Positions 18,437 to 27,326 of a stretch of DNA of 28,101 bases are shown in pieces. Each line of letters opens with the position of its first letter. The first letter of the stretch is position 1. Origin of the DNA: Candidatus Eiseniibacteriota bacterium (GTDB taxonomy: Bacteria > Eisenbacteria > RBG-16-71-46 > CAIMUX01 > VGJL01); NCBI GenBank assembly GCA_041946735.1, contig JBHGAY010000043.1:1-28101 (forward strand). The letters run 5' to 3'. Made by a program: the position numbers and the translations under genes. Below the pieces are notes generated by a model. That model was not told the origin of the DNA. It saw only the letters and a list, made by a program, of their open reading frames with translations, and did no database searches.

Positions 18437-18910
18437 ATGAAGATTCGCGCTCTGACCTTGTCTCTGCTTCTGTGCGTCGGCATCGTGGCCGCCGCCAGCG
18501 CCGTCACCTACTACTCCTCGGACCTCAACGGCGGGAACGTCGTGCCGCCCAACAACTCCGGCGGTATCGGGTATGCGTTCCTCTCGATGAACGACACCAA
18601 CGACCTGCTCACCTTCACCCTGAACTACCAGGGGATGGACGGCCAGGTCACCGGCGCGGAGATCCGCCGCGGCGGCGTGGGTCAGAACGGCGACCTGGTC
18701 CTGAGGCTCTCCGATCAGGGCTTCCCGAACGGCTACCAGGGGAATCTTCCGTGGAACGCCAACGACGTGAACGACCTGAACAACGGCAACCTCTACATCG
18801 TGTTCAACACCGACCAGTACCCGGACGGTGAGATCCGCGGCCAGATCCAGAGCGTCGCGGTTCCGACGAACGACACGACGTGGGGCGAGATCCGGGCCCT
18901 CTACCGCTAG
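18437..18910 (+). CDS. Secreted CHRD-domain protein with C-terminal TWGxIxALY tail
   Basis: SD GAGGAG and a signal peptide. CHRD pattern: L.G..VVP...S.G.G, G..GQNG, LYI...T..YPDGEIRGQI. Tail VPTNDTTWGEIRALYR. Confidence 0.88.
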   Translation: MKIRALTLSLLLCVGIVAAASAVTYYSSDLNGGNVVPPNNSGGIGYAFLSMNDTNDLLTFTLNYQGMDGQVTGAEIRRGGVGQNGDLVLRLSDQGFPNGYQGNLPWNANDVNDLNNGNLYIVFNTDQYPDGEIRGQIQSVAVPTNDTTWGEIRALYR

Positions 18911-18958
18911 CGGACGCCCTCGTTCCCAGCCGCGGGGAATCGAGGACCGGCGTGGCGA

Positions 18959-18988
18959 GCCGTCCGGGATCCGGCGATCCCGGGCGGC
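18959..18988. terminator. GC-rich hairpin between convergent genes (possible terminator)
   Basis: GCCGTCCGGGATC-cggc-GATCCCGGGCGGC, a 13-bp stem with one wobble pair and no U-tract. Confidence 0.45.
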
Positions 18989-18992
18989 CGCT

Positions 18993-19412
18993 TCAGCGAC
19001 CCTCTCGCGAGCGCCAATCGAGGATCAGCTGCCGGATCCGCGCGGGATCGACCGGCTTCAGGAGGTAGTGATCGAACGAGGCGCTCTCCTCGCGATCCGC
19101 CTGCTTTCCGTACCCGGTGAGCGCGATCACCAGGACCCGGTCGAACCCTTCGATCTCCCGCAGCTTCTGGGCGACTTCGTAGCCGTCCATTCCGGGAAGC
19201 CCGATGTCGAGCAGGACGACGTCGGGAACGGCTCGCTTGGCGGCCGCGATCGCAGCCGGCCCGTCGTGGGCGATCTCCACCCGATGCCCGTCGAGGGAGA
19301 GCAGGCGCGAGAGCATCTGCGCCGCGTCGCCGTAATCGTCGACGACGAGTATCGAGAGACCGGTCCCCTCCAGTCCCTTCGCATCGCCGGTTTTCCCTTC
19401 GTCTTTGAACAT
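18993..19412 (-). CDS. Single-domain response regulator (receiver)
   Basis: ILVVDD, VLLDIGLPGMDG (phosphoacceptor Asp), IALTGYG, LLKPV. No output domain. Confidence 0.9.
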   Translation of the reverse strand: MFKDEGKTGDAKGLEGTGLSILVVDDYGDAAQMLSRLLSLDGHRVEIAHDGPAAIAAAKRAVPDVVLLDIGLPGMDGYEVAQKLREIEGFDRVLVIALTGYGKQADREESASFDHYLLKPVDPARIRQLILDWRSREGR

Positions 19413-19531
19413 TGCTTCATGACCTTTCTGAATGGCGCGGGGTGGCGGCGCCCCGGCAGCCCGCCTTCCATAACCGGCAATTCCTCATCTGGTGCTCCTT
19501 GACGGACCGCGCAGAATGTTAGGGTCGAACC

Positions 19532-20614
19532 ATGAAGCGGTTGCGCGATCGAGAAGGGCTCCCGATTCCGCCTCCGGATCCTGCGCGGGCGGCCCGCGCG
19601 GCGGGGCTTCGTCACGTGTCGGATTCCGCGCCCGGCATCCGCCGGATCCGCGCGGCAAAAGGATTCCGTTACGTCGATCCCCAGGGCCGGAGCATACGCG
19701 ATCCCGACGTGCTGGCGCGAATTCGCTCGCTCGCGATTCCGCCCGCCTGGACGGACGTCTGGATCTGCCCGCTCGCGAACGGGCACATCCAGGCGACCGC
19801 CCGGGACGCGCGCGGCCGGAAGCAGTATCGATACCACTCGCGATGGCGGGCGTTTCGTGACGAGACGAAGTTTCATCGGATGGCGGCGTTCGGCGCCGCC
19901 CTGCCCGCCATCCGCCGTCGCGTGGAGGCGGATCTCGAGCTCCCCGGCCTGCCGCGCCGAAAGGTCCTCGCCGCCGTCGTCCGCCTACTCGAGACGACGT
20001 TGATCCGGGTCGGCAACGAGGAGTATGCGCGGGGCAACGGCTCCTACGGCCTCACCACGCTCCGCGACCCTCACGTCCGCGTCACCGGATCGCGCGTTCG
20101 ATTCCGCTTCCGCGCCAAGAGCGGAAAGCTTCTCGATCTCGGAATCGAGGACGGGCGGCTGGCGCGCATCGTCCGGCGGTGCCGCGACCTTCCGGGCGAG
20201 CAGCTCTTCCAGTACGTCGACGAGACGGGCCAGCCGCTCGCGGTCGACTCGGGCGACGTCAACGACTACCTGCGGGAAATCTCCGGGGAGGAGTTCACCG
20301 CGAAGGAGATCCGTACGTGGGCCGGGTGCGTGCACGCCTTCGTGCGCTTGCGCGAGACCGGCCGCGCTTCCTCCAGAACGACCGCCCGGCGGCGGATCGT
20401 CGAGGTGCTGCGGGCCGTCGCGCAACAGCTCGGCAATACGGTGGCGGTCTGCCGCAAATACTACGTGGATCCCCGGCTGCTCGAAGCCTACGAGGACGGG
20501 ACGCTCTTCGACGGGCCAGCGGCCCGGCGCGCCTCGTCACGCCGGCGCCTGCGCAGAGAGGAGGAGGAGTTCCTCGCATTCCTGCTGCAGGCGATCACAC
20601 GAAGGGCCGCTTGA
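19532..20614 (+). CDS. Bacterial (poxvirus-like) DNA topoisomerase IB
   Basis: IPPAWTDVWIC and GRKQYRYH. Catalytic set: RVGNEEY (R), AKSGK (K), KEIRTW (R), LGNT (N), CRKYY (Y). Confidence 0.93.
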   Translation: MKRLRDREGLPIPPPDPARAARAAGLRHVSDSAPGIRRIRAAKGFRYVDPQGRSIRDPDVLARIRSLAIPPAWTDVWICPLANGHIQATARDARGRKQYRYHSRWRAFRDETKFHRMAAFGAALPAIRRRVEADLELPGLPRRKVLAAVVRLLETTLIRVGNEEYARGNGSYGLTTLRDPHVRVTGSRVRFRFRAKSGKLLDLGIEDGRLARIVRRCRDLPGEQLFQYVDETGQPLAVDSGDVNDYLREISGEEFTAKEIRTWAGCVHAFVRLRETGRASSRTTARRRIVEVLRAVAQQLGNTVAVCRKYYVDPRLLEAYEDGTLFDGPAARRASSRRRLRREEEEFLAFLLQAITRRAA

Positions 20615-20649
20615 GGATGTCCGAACGTTCACAACATGAGGAGGAGACC

Positions 20650-21282
20650 ATGAGACAAACTGCGAAACTCGTGCTCCTGACCGGCCTGCTCCTCGCGGCT
20701 CTCGCCGCGCTCGCGCCGCGGGAAGCGCAGGCCTTGACGTTCGAGGAACGGATCGGCGACTACGGTGTGCAGGCCGGCTATGCGAAGGCGCAGGACGCCG
20801 ATTCGGGCGATCTGCTTCTCGGTGGCCACCTGGAGCTTCAGCCGCTCCCCTGGCTCGGAATCCAGGGCGAGGTGGACTATCGCTCCGGTGAGGACATCAG
20901 CCTCTCCACGGTCGAAGGAGCGCGAGGCAACCTGAACGTGAAGACGGTGCCGATGCTCCTCTCCGCGCACCTGTATCTCCCCTCCCCGCGCGGATTCGAG
21001 CCGTATGCGCTGGCGGGGGCGGGATGGTACCGGCAGATCTACGACTTCTCGGAGAATATGGAGACCGCCTTCGGGATCCAGGACAAGACCAAGACGACCT
21101 TCGGCTGGCACGCGGGAGCCGGTGCGCGCATCTCCGTAGCGCCGCGCGTCTCGGTGTTCGGCGAAGGACGTCTGGTCTTCCTCGATCCCAACCGGGACTT
21201 CGGAGGCGAGGTTCGACAGGAGATCGAGAACATCGACTACGACTCGACCTATCTGGTCGGGGGCGTGAGCATGCACTTCTGA
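20650..21282 (+). CDS. Outer-membrane beta-barrel protein (OmpA/OmpW-like, about 8 strands)
   Basis: SD GAGGAG, signal peptide ending AQA, amphipathic strands (PYALAGAGWY, FGWHAGAG) and a C-terminal Phe (GVSMHF). Confidence 0.85.
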   Translation: MRQTAKLVLLTGLLLAALAALAPREAQALTFEERIGDYGVQAGYAKAQDADSGDLLLGGHLELQPLPWLGIQGEVDYRSGEDISLSTVEGARGNLNVKTVPMLLSAHLYLPSPRGFEPYALAGAGWYRQIYDFSENMETAFGIQDKTKTTFGWHAGAGARISVAPRVSVFGEGRLVFLDPNRDFGGEVRQEIENIDYDSTYLVGGVSMHF

Positions 21283-21391
21283 TCGATTGCGGCTCCAGAC
21301 ACGGCAACACGGCCCTTGCCGCAGTCGGGCGGTCGGACGACAAGACCGAGAGGGCGGGAGGATCCGGCGGGCCGCCGCCGGCCGGTGCGCT

Positions 21392-24013
21392 TCAGCGGCC
21401 GAGGACGGCCCGCGCGGCCGTCACGAGTTGCTCGAGGTGGACCGGCTTCGTCAGGTGCGCCTGGAACCCGGCTTCGCTCGCCCTCCGGCGGTCCGCCTCC
21501 TGGCCGAACCCGGTGAGCGCGATCGCGGGAGCGGTCGCGTTTCGCTTGCCCGCGCGGAGCCGCTCGAGCATCTGGTAGCCATCCATGCCGGGCATCGAGA
21601 TGTCGCAGACGACCAGATCGAAATCCTCAGCATCCAGGCGGCGAAGCGCCTCCTCTCCGCCCGTCGCCGTCTCGACCCGTGCCCCTTCGAGCCGCAGCAA
21701 CCGGCCGAGCATCGCCACCGTGTCTCGCGAGTCGTCGACGGCGAGGACGCGCAGGTCGCGCAGGATGGTCGCCGGCTCCTCGCCGTCGCCGCCCGCTGCG
21801 CCCGCGCGCTCTGCGGCCGGCTCGATGGGAAGCCGCACGGTGAAACGGGACCCCTTGTTCATCCCGTCCGACTCGGCCCAGATCGTCCCGCCATGGAGAT
21901 CGACGAGCTGGCGGACGAGCGCGAGTCCGATCCCGAGCCCTCCATGACGGCGGACGCTGCTCGAATCCGCCTGGCGGAACATGCGGAAGACCTCGGGGAG
22001 GAAGGACGGCTCGATCCCCTCCCCCGTGTCCTCGACGATCAGCTCCAGCCAGCCGTCCGCCGAGCGCAGCGCGATGCTCACCTTGCCGCCCGGAGGCGTG
22101 AACTCGATCGCGTTCGTCAGCAGGTTCCAGACGATCTGCTGAATGCGGATCGGATCGGCCTGGACCGACTCGCCGCTGTTCTGGAGGTCGGTCGCGAGCC
22201 GGACCCGCTTCTCCTCCGCCTCCGCGCGCACCGTCTCGATGGCGTCGCGGACGATCGAGTAGATCCGGATCGGGTGCTTCTGGAGGACCAGCTTGCCGGT
22301 CTGCAGGCGGGACAGATCGAGCAGATCGGACACGAGGCGCGCTTGCGCCATCGCGTTGCGGAAGATCGATTGCGCCGGCTCGAGGATCGCCGGCGAGGAC
22401 TGCGCCTCGGGCGTCCGGGCGAGAAGATCGGCGTAGCCGACGATGACGTTCAGCGGATTGCGCAGTTCATGGGAGAGCGTCGCGAGGAACTCGTCCTTCA
22501 AGCGGTTCGCGCGCGATAGCTCCTCGACGAGCCTCGAGGCTTCGAGGGTCGCCGCGACCTGGTTCGCGATCACCTGGCCGACGTGGAGCACCCAGGGTTG
22601 CGCCGCGACACCCCGGTCCCGCCAGTAGAGGCTGACGACGCCGAGCAGACGGCCGCGCGCGCGCAGCGGAAGGGCGAGCACGGATCGCACCTGATGGGGG
22701 AGCAGCGGCGCCAGGGCGCGGAGCCAGACCATCTCCTCGCGGACGTCGTCGACGACCACGGAGTTGCGGGTCCTGGCAGCGATCGAAATCGGCCGATCCT
22801 CCTCCAGCCCGGCGCGGCTCAAGAAGCGTCCGATCTCGCTCCCCTCCCTCAGGCTCGACTCCTCGAGGTCGAGGCCGTACCACCAGCGTGAGCGCAGGAT
22901 GGGCTCCTCGCCGGCTCTTTCGTCGAGGAGCCAGAACACTCCGATCGGTGCGCCGACCACACGGCAGATCCGTTCGATGACCGCGCTGTAGAGCGAAGCG
23001 CGTTCCTCCCGGGTCAGCTCGGCACTCACCTCCTGCAAGCGGACCAGCGCCTCCGTCCGCCTCTCCGCCGTCGTCCGCGCCTCGCGCATCTGCTCGTAAA
23101 GGCGCGCATTGACGACGGCGATCGCGGCCGCGTCGGCTAGCGCGATCAGCACCTCGATCTCCGTCGAGGTAGCGCGGCGCGGCACCGCCCAGTAAATGGC
23201 GAGCGCGCCGAGAGGATCCTCCGGCCGGATCGGCGCCAAGGCCGCGCTGCGCACGAAGGTCGCCCGGTACTCCTCGATCGGTATCCGGGGGTCGGATTCG
23301 ATGTCGGTCACGATCGCCGTCGTGCCGTGGCGGATCACCCACCCCGAGACGCACGCGTCGATCGGGAAGCTGCGTCCCTTCCAAAGCCTGCTCGGCGAAT
23401 CCTCCGCCGCGTAGCGAACGGTGTCCCCCTCTCGCAGGACGAAGCTGGCGGCATCGCAGCCGGTCAGCTCGCGCGCCGCGCGGCAGACGACCCCCATGAT
23501 CGACTCCAGATCGAGGAGGGCCGAGAGGCGGCGGGAGACCTCGGCCAGGCGCACGCTGCGGATCCAGTGCTCGCGAACCTGACCCTCGTGCCGGCGCGCA
23601 TGGGCGAGGATGACCGCCGCCTGCTCTGCGAAGACGCCGAGCGCCCATCGCTCCTCGGCCGACAGGTCCCCCTCGACTCCGAGAACGAGGAGTCCGCGAC
23701 ATCCCTCCTCCTCGGGAAGAGGGACCGACTCGATAGGGGATGCGTCGAGCAAGGGCAGCCGCTTGCGGAGCTTCGGGAGAACCGGCTCGTGGAGGATCTC
23801 GTGGCGCAGCAGCCCTTCGTCGCCGAGCAGACCCTGCGTCGCCTCGATCCGGTATCCGCCTTCCGCGCGAAGGAGCAGGAGAAGCCCGGCGCGAGCGCCG
23901 GCGAGCTCGCAGGCTCCGGCGACGATGCGTCGCTTGACGTCGGCCGGGTCCTGGCTCCTCACGAGATCCTGCGTCAGCTTGTGCAGCCGAGAGACGTTCT
24001 CCGTGGCTCGCAT
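21392..24013 (-). CDS. Cytoplasmic hybrid histidine kinase (2-3 GAF domains, HisKA, HATPase, receiver); alternative start ATG 24202
   Basis: FLATLSHELRNPL, NLLTNAIEFT, DTGEGI, GGLGIGL, and receiver CDISMPGMDG. N-terminal GAF-like segments and no obvious TM helix. Confidence 0.92.
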   Translation of the reverse strand: MRATENVSRLHKLTQDLVRSQDPADVKRRIVAGACELAGARAGLLLLLRAEGGYRIEATQGLLGDEGLLRHEILHEPVLPKLRKRLPLLDASPIESVPLPEEEGCRGLLVLGVEGDLSAEERWALGVFAEQAAVILAHARRHEGQVREHWIRSVRLAEVSRRLSALLDLESIMGVVCRAARELTGCDAASFVLREGDTVRYAAEDSPSRLWKGRSFPIDACVSGWVIRHGTTAIVTDIESDPRIPIEEYRATFVRSAALAPIRPEDPLGALAIYWAVPRRATSTEIEVLIALADAAAIAVVNARLYEQMREARTTAERRTEALVRLQEVSAELTREERASLYSAVIERICRVVGAPIGVFWLLDERAGEEPILRSRWWYGLDLEESSLREGSEIGRFLSRAGLEEDRPISIAARTRNSVVVDDVREEMVWLRALAPLLPHQVRSVLALPLRARGRLLGVVSLYWRDRGVAAQPWVLHVGQVIANQVAATLEASRLVEELSRANRLKDEFLATLSHELRNPLNVIVGYADLLARTPEAQSSPAILEPAQSIFRNAMAQARLVSDLLDLSRLQTGKLVLQKHPIRIYSIVRDAIETVRAEAEEKRVRLATDLQNSGESVQADPIRIQQIVWNLLTNAIEFTPPGGKVSIALRSADGWLELIVEDTGEGIEPSFLPEVFRMFRQADSSSVRRHGGLGIGLALVRQLVDLHGGTIWAESDGMNKGSRFTVRLPIEPAAERAGAAGGDGEEPATILRDLRVLAVDDSRDTVAMLGRLLRLEGARVETATGGEEALRRLDAEDFDLVVCDISMPGMDGYQMLERLRAGKRNATAPAIALTGFGQEADRRRASEAGFQAHLTKPVHLEQLVTAARAVLGR

Positions 24014-24343
24014 CACAGAGATCCCCTGAGGACGCCGGCCCCTCGCGTCCGTGTCGTGCGGTGCCGGCTCCTCCTCGCTTCTCGGCGACGCTGTGCGAGG
24101 CGTGCGACCGAGACGATCGTTGGAATGGGACGGAGCATCACCCCCCATAGAACACCCGCACGGGCTCGTCCCGGGACGCCTTTCGCGTGACGTTTGATTC
24201 ATCTCCCCTTCTTGGGGGTCGATTGGGCGCCGGGCGATCTCTTGAGCCCGCACGGGGATCCCGCTACTCTCGCGGCGCGGCGGCGCGGCTCGCAGCAGCA
24301 TGCCAGGGCCGGCCAAGCAGGCGGACAGAGAGACGGAGGGCGA

Positions 24344-25540
24344 TTGAACGAAAAGCTGGCGATCGAGGGGGGGCGGCCCGTCCGCGACGAGTTTCTGATC
24401 TTCGGCAGCCCCGACATCCGCGAACCGGAGATCGCCGAGGTGGTCGAAGCCCTTCGCTCCGGATGGCCGGGGACCGGACCCCGGGTCGCCCGTTTCGAGG
24501 AGGCGTTCCGAGCCTACGTCGGCGCGCGCTACTCCGTCGCCCTCGGGTCCTGCACGGCCGGACTCCACCTCTCCCTGATCGCCCTGGGCCTGAAGCCTGG
24601 CGACGAGGTCGTCACGACCCCGCTCACCTTCGTCGCCACCGTGAACTCGATCCTCCACGTCGGCGCCCGCCCCGTCTTCGCCGACTGCGACCGCCGCACG
24701 ATGAACATCGACCCCGACCGCATCGCCTCCGCCGTCACCGCCCGCACGAAGGTGATCCTGCCGGTGCACTTCGCGGGACGGCCGGCCGACATGACCCGGA
24801 TCGAGTCGATCGCCAGCCCGCGCGGCATCCGCATCCTCGAAGATGCGGCGCACGCGATCGAATCGGTCCACCGCGGGCGCAAGGTCGGGACGATCGGCGA
24901 CTGCACCGTCTTCAGCTTCTACGTGACGAAGAACGTGATCACCGTCGAAGGCGGAATGGTGACGACCGAGGACGAGGCGATCGCGTCGTGGGTGAAGGTG
25001 GCCGGGCTCCACGGGATGTCGAAGGACGCATGGAAGCGGTTCGGCGACGAGGGCTTCAAGCACTACTGGGTCCACTTCCCGGGCTTCAAGTACAACATGA
25101 TGGACATCCAGGCGGCGATCGGCCTCCATCAGCTCCCTCGCGTCGAGGAAGGATGGCTGCGGCGGCGAGAGATCTGGCAGCGCTACATGGAGGCGTTCTC
25201 CGATCTGCCCGCCTTCCTTCCCGCGCCGGTCCCGGAGGGCGATCGACACGCGTTCCATCTCTTCACGCTGCTGGTCGACACCGACAACCTCACCGTCGAC
25301 CGCGACCGGGTACTGAGCGCTCTGCAGGCGGAGAACATCGGCGTCGGGGTGCACTACACGGCGGTCCACTTCCATCCCTACTACCGGGAGACCTTCGGCT
25401 TCGCGCGCGGCGACTTCCCGGAGGCGGAGTTCGTATCGGACCGCACCGTCTCGATCCCGCTGTCCACCCGCCTGACCGACGCCGACGTCGACGACGTGAT
25501 CCGTGGGGTGCGGAAGGTGCTCCGGGCGTACGCGCGATGA
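24344..25540 (+). CDS. DegT/DnrJ/EryC1/StrS PLP-dependent sugar aminotransferase
   Basis: TTG start after SD GGAGGG. KLAIEGG, PVHFAG, EDAAHA, FSFYVTKN...EGG (PLP Lys), GFKYNM, GVHY. Confidence 0.93.
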   Translation: MNEKLAIEGGRPVRDEFLIFGSPDIREPEIAEVVEALRSGWPGTGPRVARFEEAFRAYVGARYSVALGSCTAGLHLSLIALGLKPGDEVVTTPLTFVATVNSILHVGARPVFADCDRRTMNIDPDRIASAVTARTKVILPVHFAGRPADMTRIESIASPRGIRILEDAAHAIESVHRGRKVGTIGDCTVFSFYVTKNVITVEGGMVTTEDEAIASWVKVAGLHGMSKDAWKRFGDEGFKHYWVHFPGFKYNMMDIQAAIGLHQLPRVEEGWLRRREIWQRYMEAFSDLPAFLPAPVPEGDRHAFHLFTLLVDTDNLTVDRDRVLSALQAENIGVGVHYTAVHFHPYYRETFGFARGDFPEAEFVSDRTVSIPLSTRLTDADVDDVIRGVRKVLRAYAR

Positions 25541-26568
25541 CGCCGGTCCTCGAGAAGAGCCTGCGCCGCGGGCGCCTGCTCTTCGCCTGGGCCTCGGGCG
25601 GCGCGAGCCGGTTCGTCCCGCCGCCGCGGATGGCGCAGATCGAGGTGACCAACCGCTGCAATCTCGCCTGCCGCACCTGCACCCGCCTGAAGCTGCCGCT
25701 CCTGGGCGACATGAGCTACGAGGACTTCTGCACGATCCTCGACCGGATCGGGAGGGTGCGCTTGCTCTGGCTGTCGGGACAGGGGGAGCCGCTGCTCCAT
25801 CCCGAGCTGCCGCGGATGATCCGCGCCTGCGCCGACCGGGGAATCCGCAACACGATCCTGCATACCAACGCGACGCTGCTCCGGGGGGAGATGGCGCGGG
25901 ATATTGCGGCGAGCGGCCTCGGCGAGATGCGCGTCTCGATCGACGGAGGCAGCGCGGAGGAGATGGAGTACCTGAGGGTCGGCGCCTCGTTCCGGGAGGT
26001 CCTCGAGAACGTCCGCGCCTTCGTGCAGCTCGCCGGCCGCGGCGGCGGCGGCGGCCCCGGCGTCGCGGTCGCCTTCTACACGCTCCTCAACCGGCGCTGC
26101 GCCGGCTCCGTCGCGCAGCTTCCGGGAATCGCGGCGGAGGTGGGCGTGGGCCGCATCTATGCGGCCGAGACGGTGCCCTTCCGCGACGAGTCCTCGGAAC
26201 GCGAGATCTACGATCGCCGCAGCTACCAGTTCGCCTCCTTGCCGGAAGAGGTTCGCCGTGCGACTCTGAGGAAGCTCCGGATCGAGGGGCTGCGGCACGG
26301 CGTCGACGTGCAGGTCGATCTGAAATGGAACCGGAAGCGATGCTTCGAGCCGTTCCAGAAGATCTACGTCGACCGGCAGGGACAGGTCACCCCGTGCTGC
26401 CGGATCCACAACGAGGTCGTCGTGGGCAACATCCTCCGCGACGGGCTGGAAGGATCCTGGCGCAGCCGGGCGATGGAACGATGGCGCGGTGACCTTCTTC
26501 GCAAGGACCGCCACCGGCGCATCTGCGTGGAACGGTGCGGGCTGGGGATCGCGCAAGCGGATCGGTAG
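25537..26568 (+). CDS. Radical SAM protein with SPASM/twitch domain
   Basis: CNLACRTC, GQGEPLLHP, SIDG, and C-terminal CFEPF...G.V.PCC...CVERC. ATGA overlap with the aminotransferase. Confidence 0.92.
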   Translation: MTPVLEKSLRRGRLLFAWASGGASRFVPPPRMAQIEVTNRCNLACRTCTRLKLPLLGDMSYEDFCTILDRIGRVRLLWLSGQGEPLLHPELPRMIRACADRGIRNTILHTNATLLRGEMARDIAASGLGEMRVSIDGGSAEEMEYLRVGASFREVLENVRAFVQLAGRGGGGGPGVAVAFYTLLNRRCAGSVAQLPGIAAEVGVGRIYAAETVPFRDESSEREIYDRRSYQFASLPEEVRRATLRKLRIEGLRHGVDVQVDLKWNRKRCFEPFQKIYVDRQGQVTPCCRIHNEVVVGNILRDGLEGSWRSRAMERWRGDLLRKDRHRRICVERCGLGIAQADR

Positions 26569-26583
26569 GGATCGGAGAGGCGG

Positions 26584-27258
26584 ATGGGGGATCCGTTCGG
26601 GCTCTTCTCGAAGAACTGGCTCGTCTGGAGAATCGGCCGGAAGCACGTGTCGAGCGTTTCGCACCTGGCGCACGGCCTTCTGCTCGACATCGGGTGCGGG
26701 GAGCAACCGCACCGGCGGCTGTTCGAGAAGCGTGTCGACCGGATCATCGGCGTCGACCATCTCCATACGCTCCACCCGAACGAAACGATCGACGTCTACG
26801 GCACAGCGCTCGACCTTCCGTTCCGGACCGGCAGCTTCGACACCGCGATCTGCTTCCAGGTGCTGGAGCACGTCCCTGAGCCGCTGCGGCTCCTCGAGGA
26901 GGCGAAGCGGATCCTGAAACCGGGAGGGCATCTGATCGTGACCGCCCCGCACATCTGGAACGTGCACGAGAGCCCGCACGACTACTTCCGCTACACGGGG
27001 TACGGTCTCGAGCATCTGTTCCGCAAGGCGGGCCTGGAGGTGGTGGAGGTGCGGCCGATGGCCGGCTACTTCGTCACGGCCGCCGCGAGATTCTGCTATT
27101 TCCTCGCGCACTTCGACCGCTGGGGCCTGCAGGTCCTGGTGAAGCCGGCCTACCTCGTCGTCCAGGCGGTCGGCGGGGCGCTCGACCGGCTCTACTGCGA
27201 CACGAGCGAGACATGGAACTACCTGGCCGTCGGCAAGAACCCGGACCTCCCGCTCTAG
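26584..27258 (+). CDS. Class I SAM-dependent methyltransferase (type 11-like)
   Basis: LLDIGCG, LPFRTGSFD, QVLEHV, LKPGG, PHDYFRYT. Confidence 0.92.
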   Translation: MGDPFGLFSKNWLVWRIGRKHVSSVSHLAHGLLLDIGCGEQPHRRLFEKRVDRIIGVDHLHTLHPNETIDVYGTALDLPFRTGSFDTAICFQVLEHVPEPLRLLEEAKRILKPGGHLIVTAPHIWNVHESPHDYFRYTGYGLEHLFRKAGLEVVEVRPMAGYFVTAAARFCYFLAHFDRWGLQVLVKPAYLVVQAVGGALDRLYCDTSETWNYLAVGKNPDLPL

Positions 27259-27288
27259 GGACGGAAGGCGGGACGGAAGGCGGGACGG
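27259..27288. repeat. 12-bp tandem repeat (2.5 copies)
   Basis: GGACGGAAGGCG GGACGGAAGGCG GGACGG directly after the methyltransferase stop. Confidence 0.85.
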
Positions 27289-27326
27289 CCCGAGCCGGCC
27301 GTGCCCCGTCCGGAGCCCCGTCGGTC

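Noticed and set aside
19532..20614. Phage integrase or mobile element
   Set aside because: The motifs match topoisomerase IB rather than a tyrosine integrase, and no att sites or phage genes are evident nearby.
22097..22126. Kinase N-box reads NAIEFT rather than the usual NAIKFT
   Set aside because: The catalytic Asn, the H-box and the G-boxes are intact, so one substitution is not enough to call the kinase inactive.
24014..25375. 1327-aa version of the hybrid kinase and 793-aa version of the radical SAM protein
   Set aside because: Most of the extra sequence overlaps the aminotransferase gene (antisense or off-frame) and has no recognisable domain.
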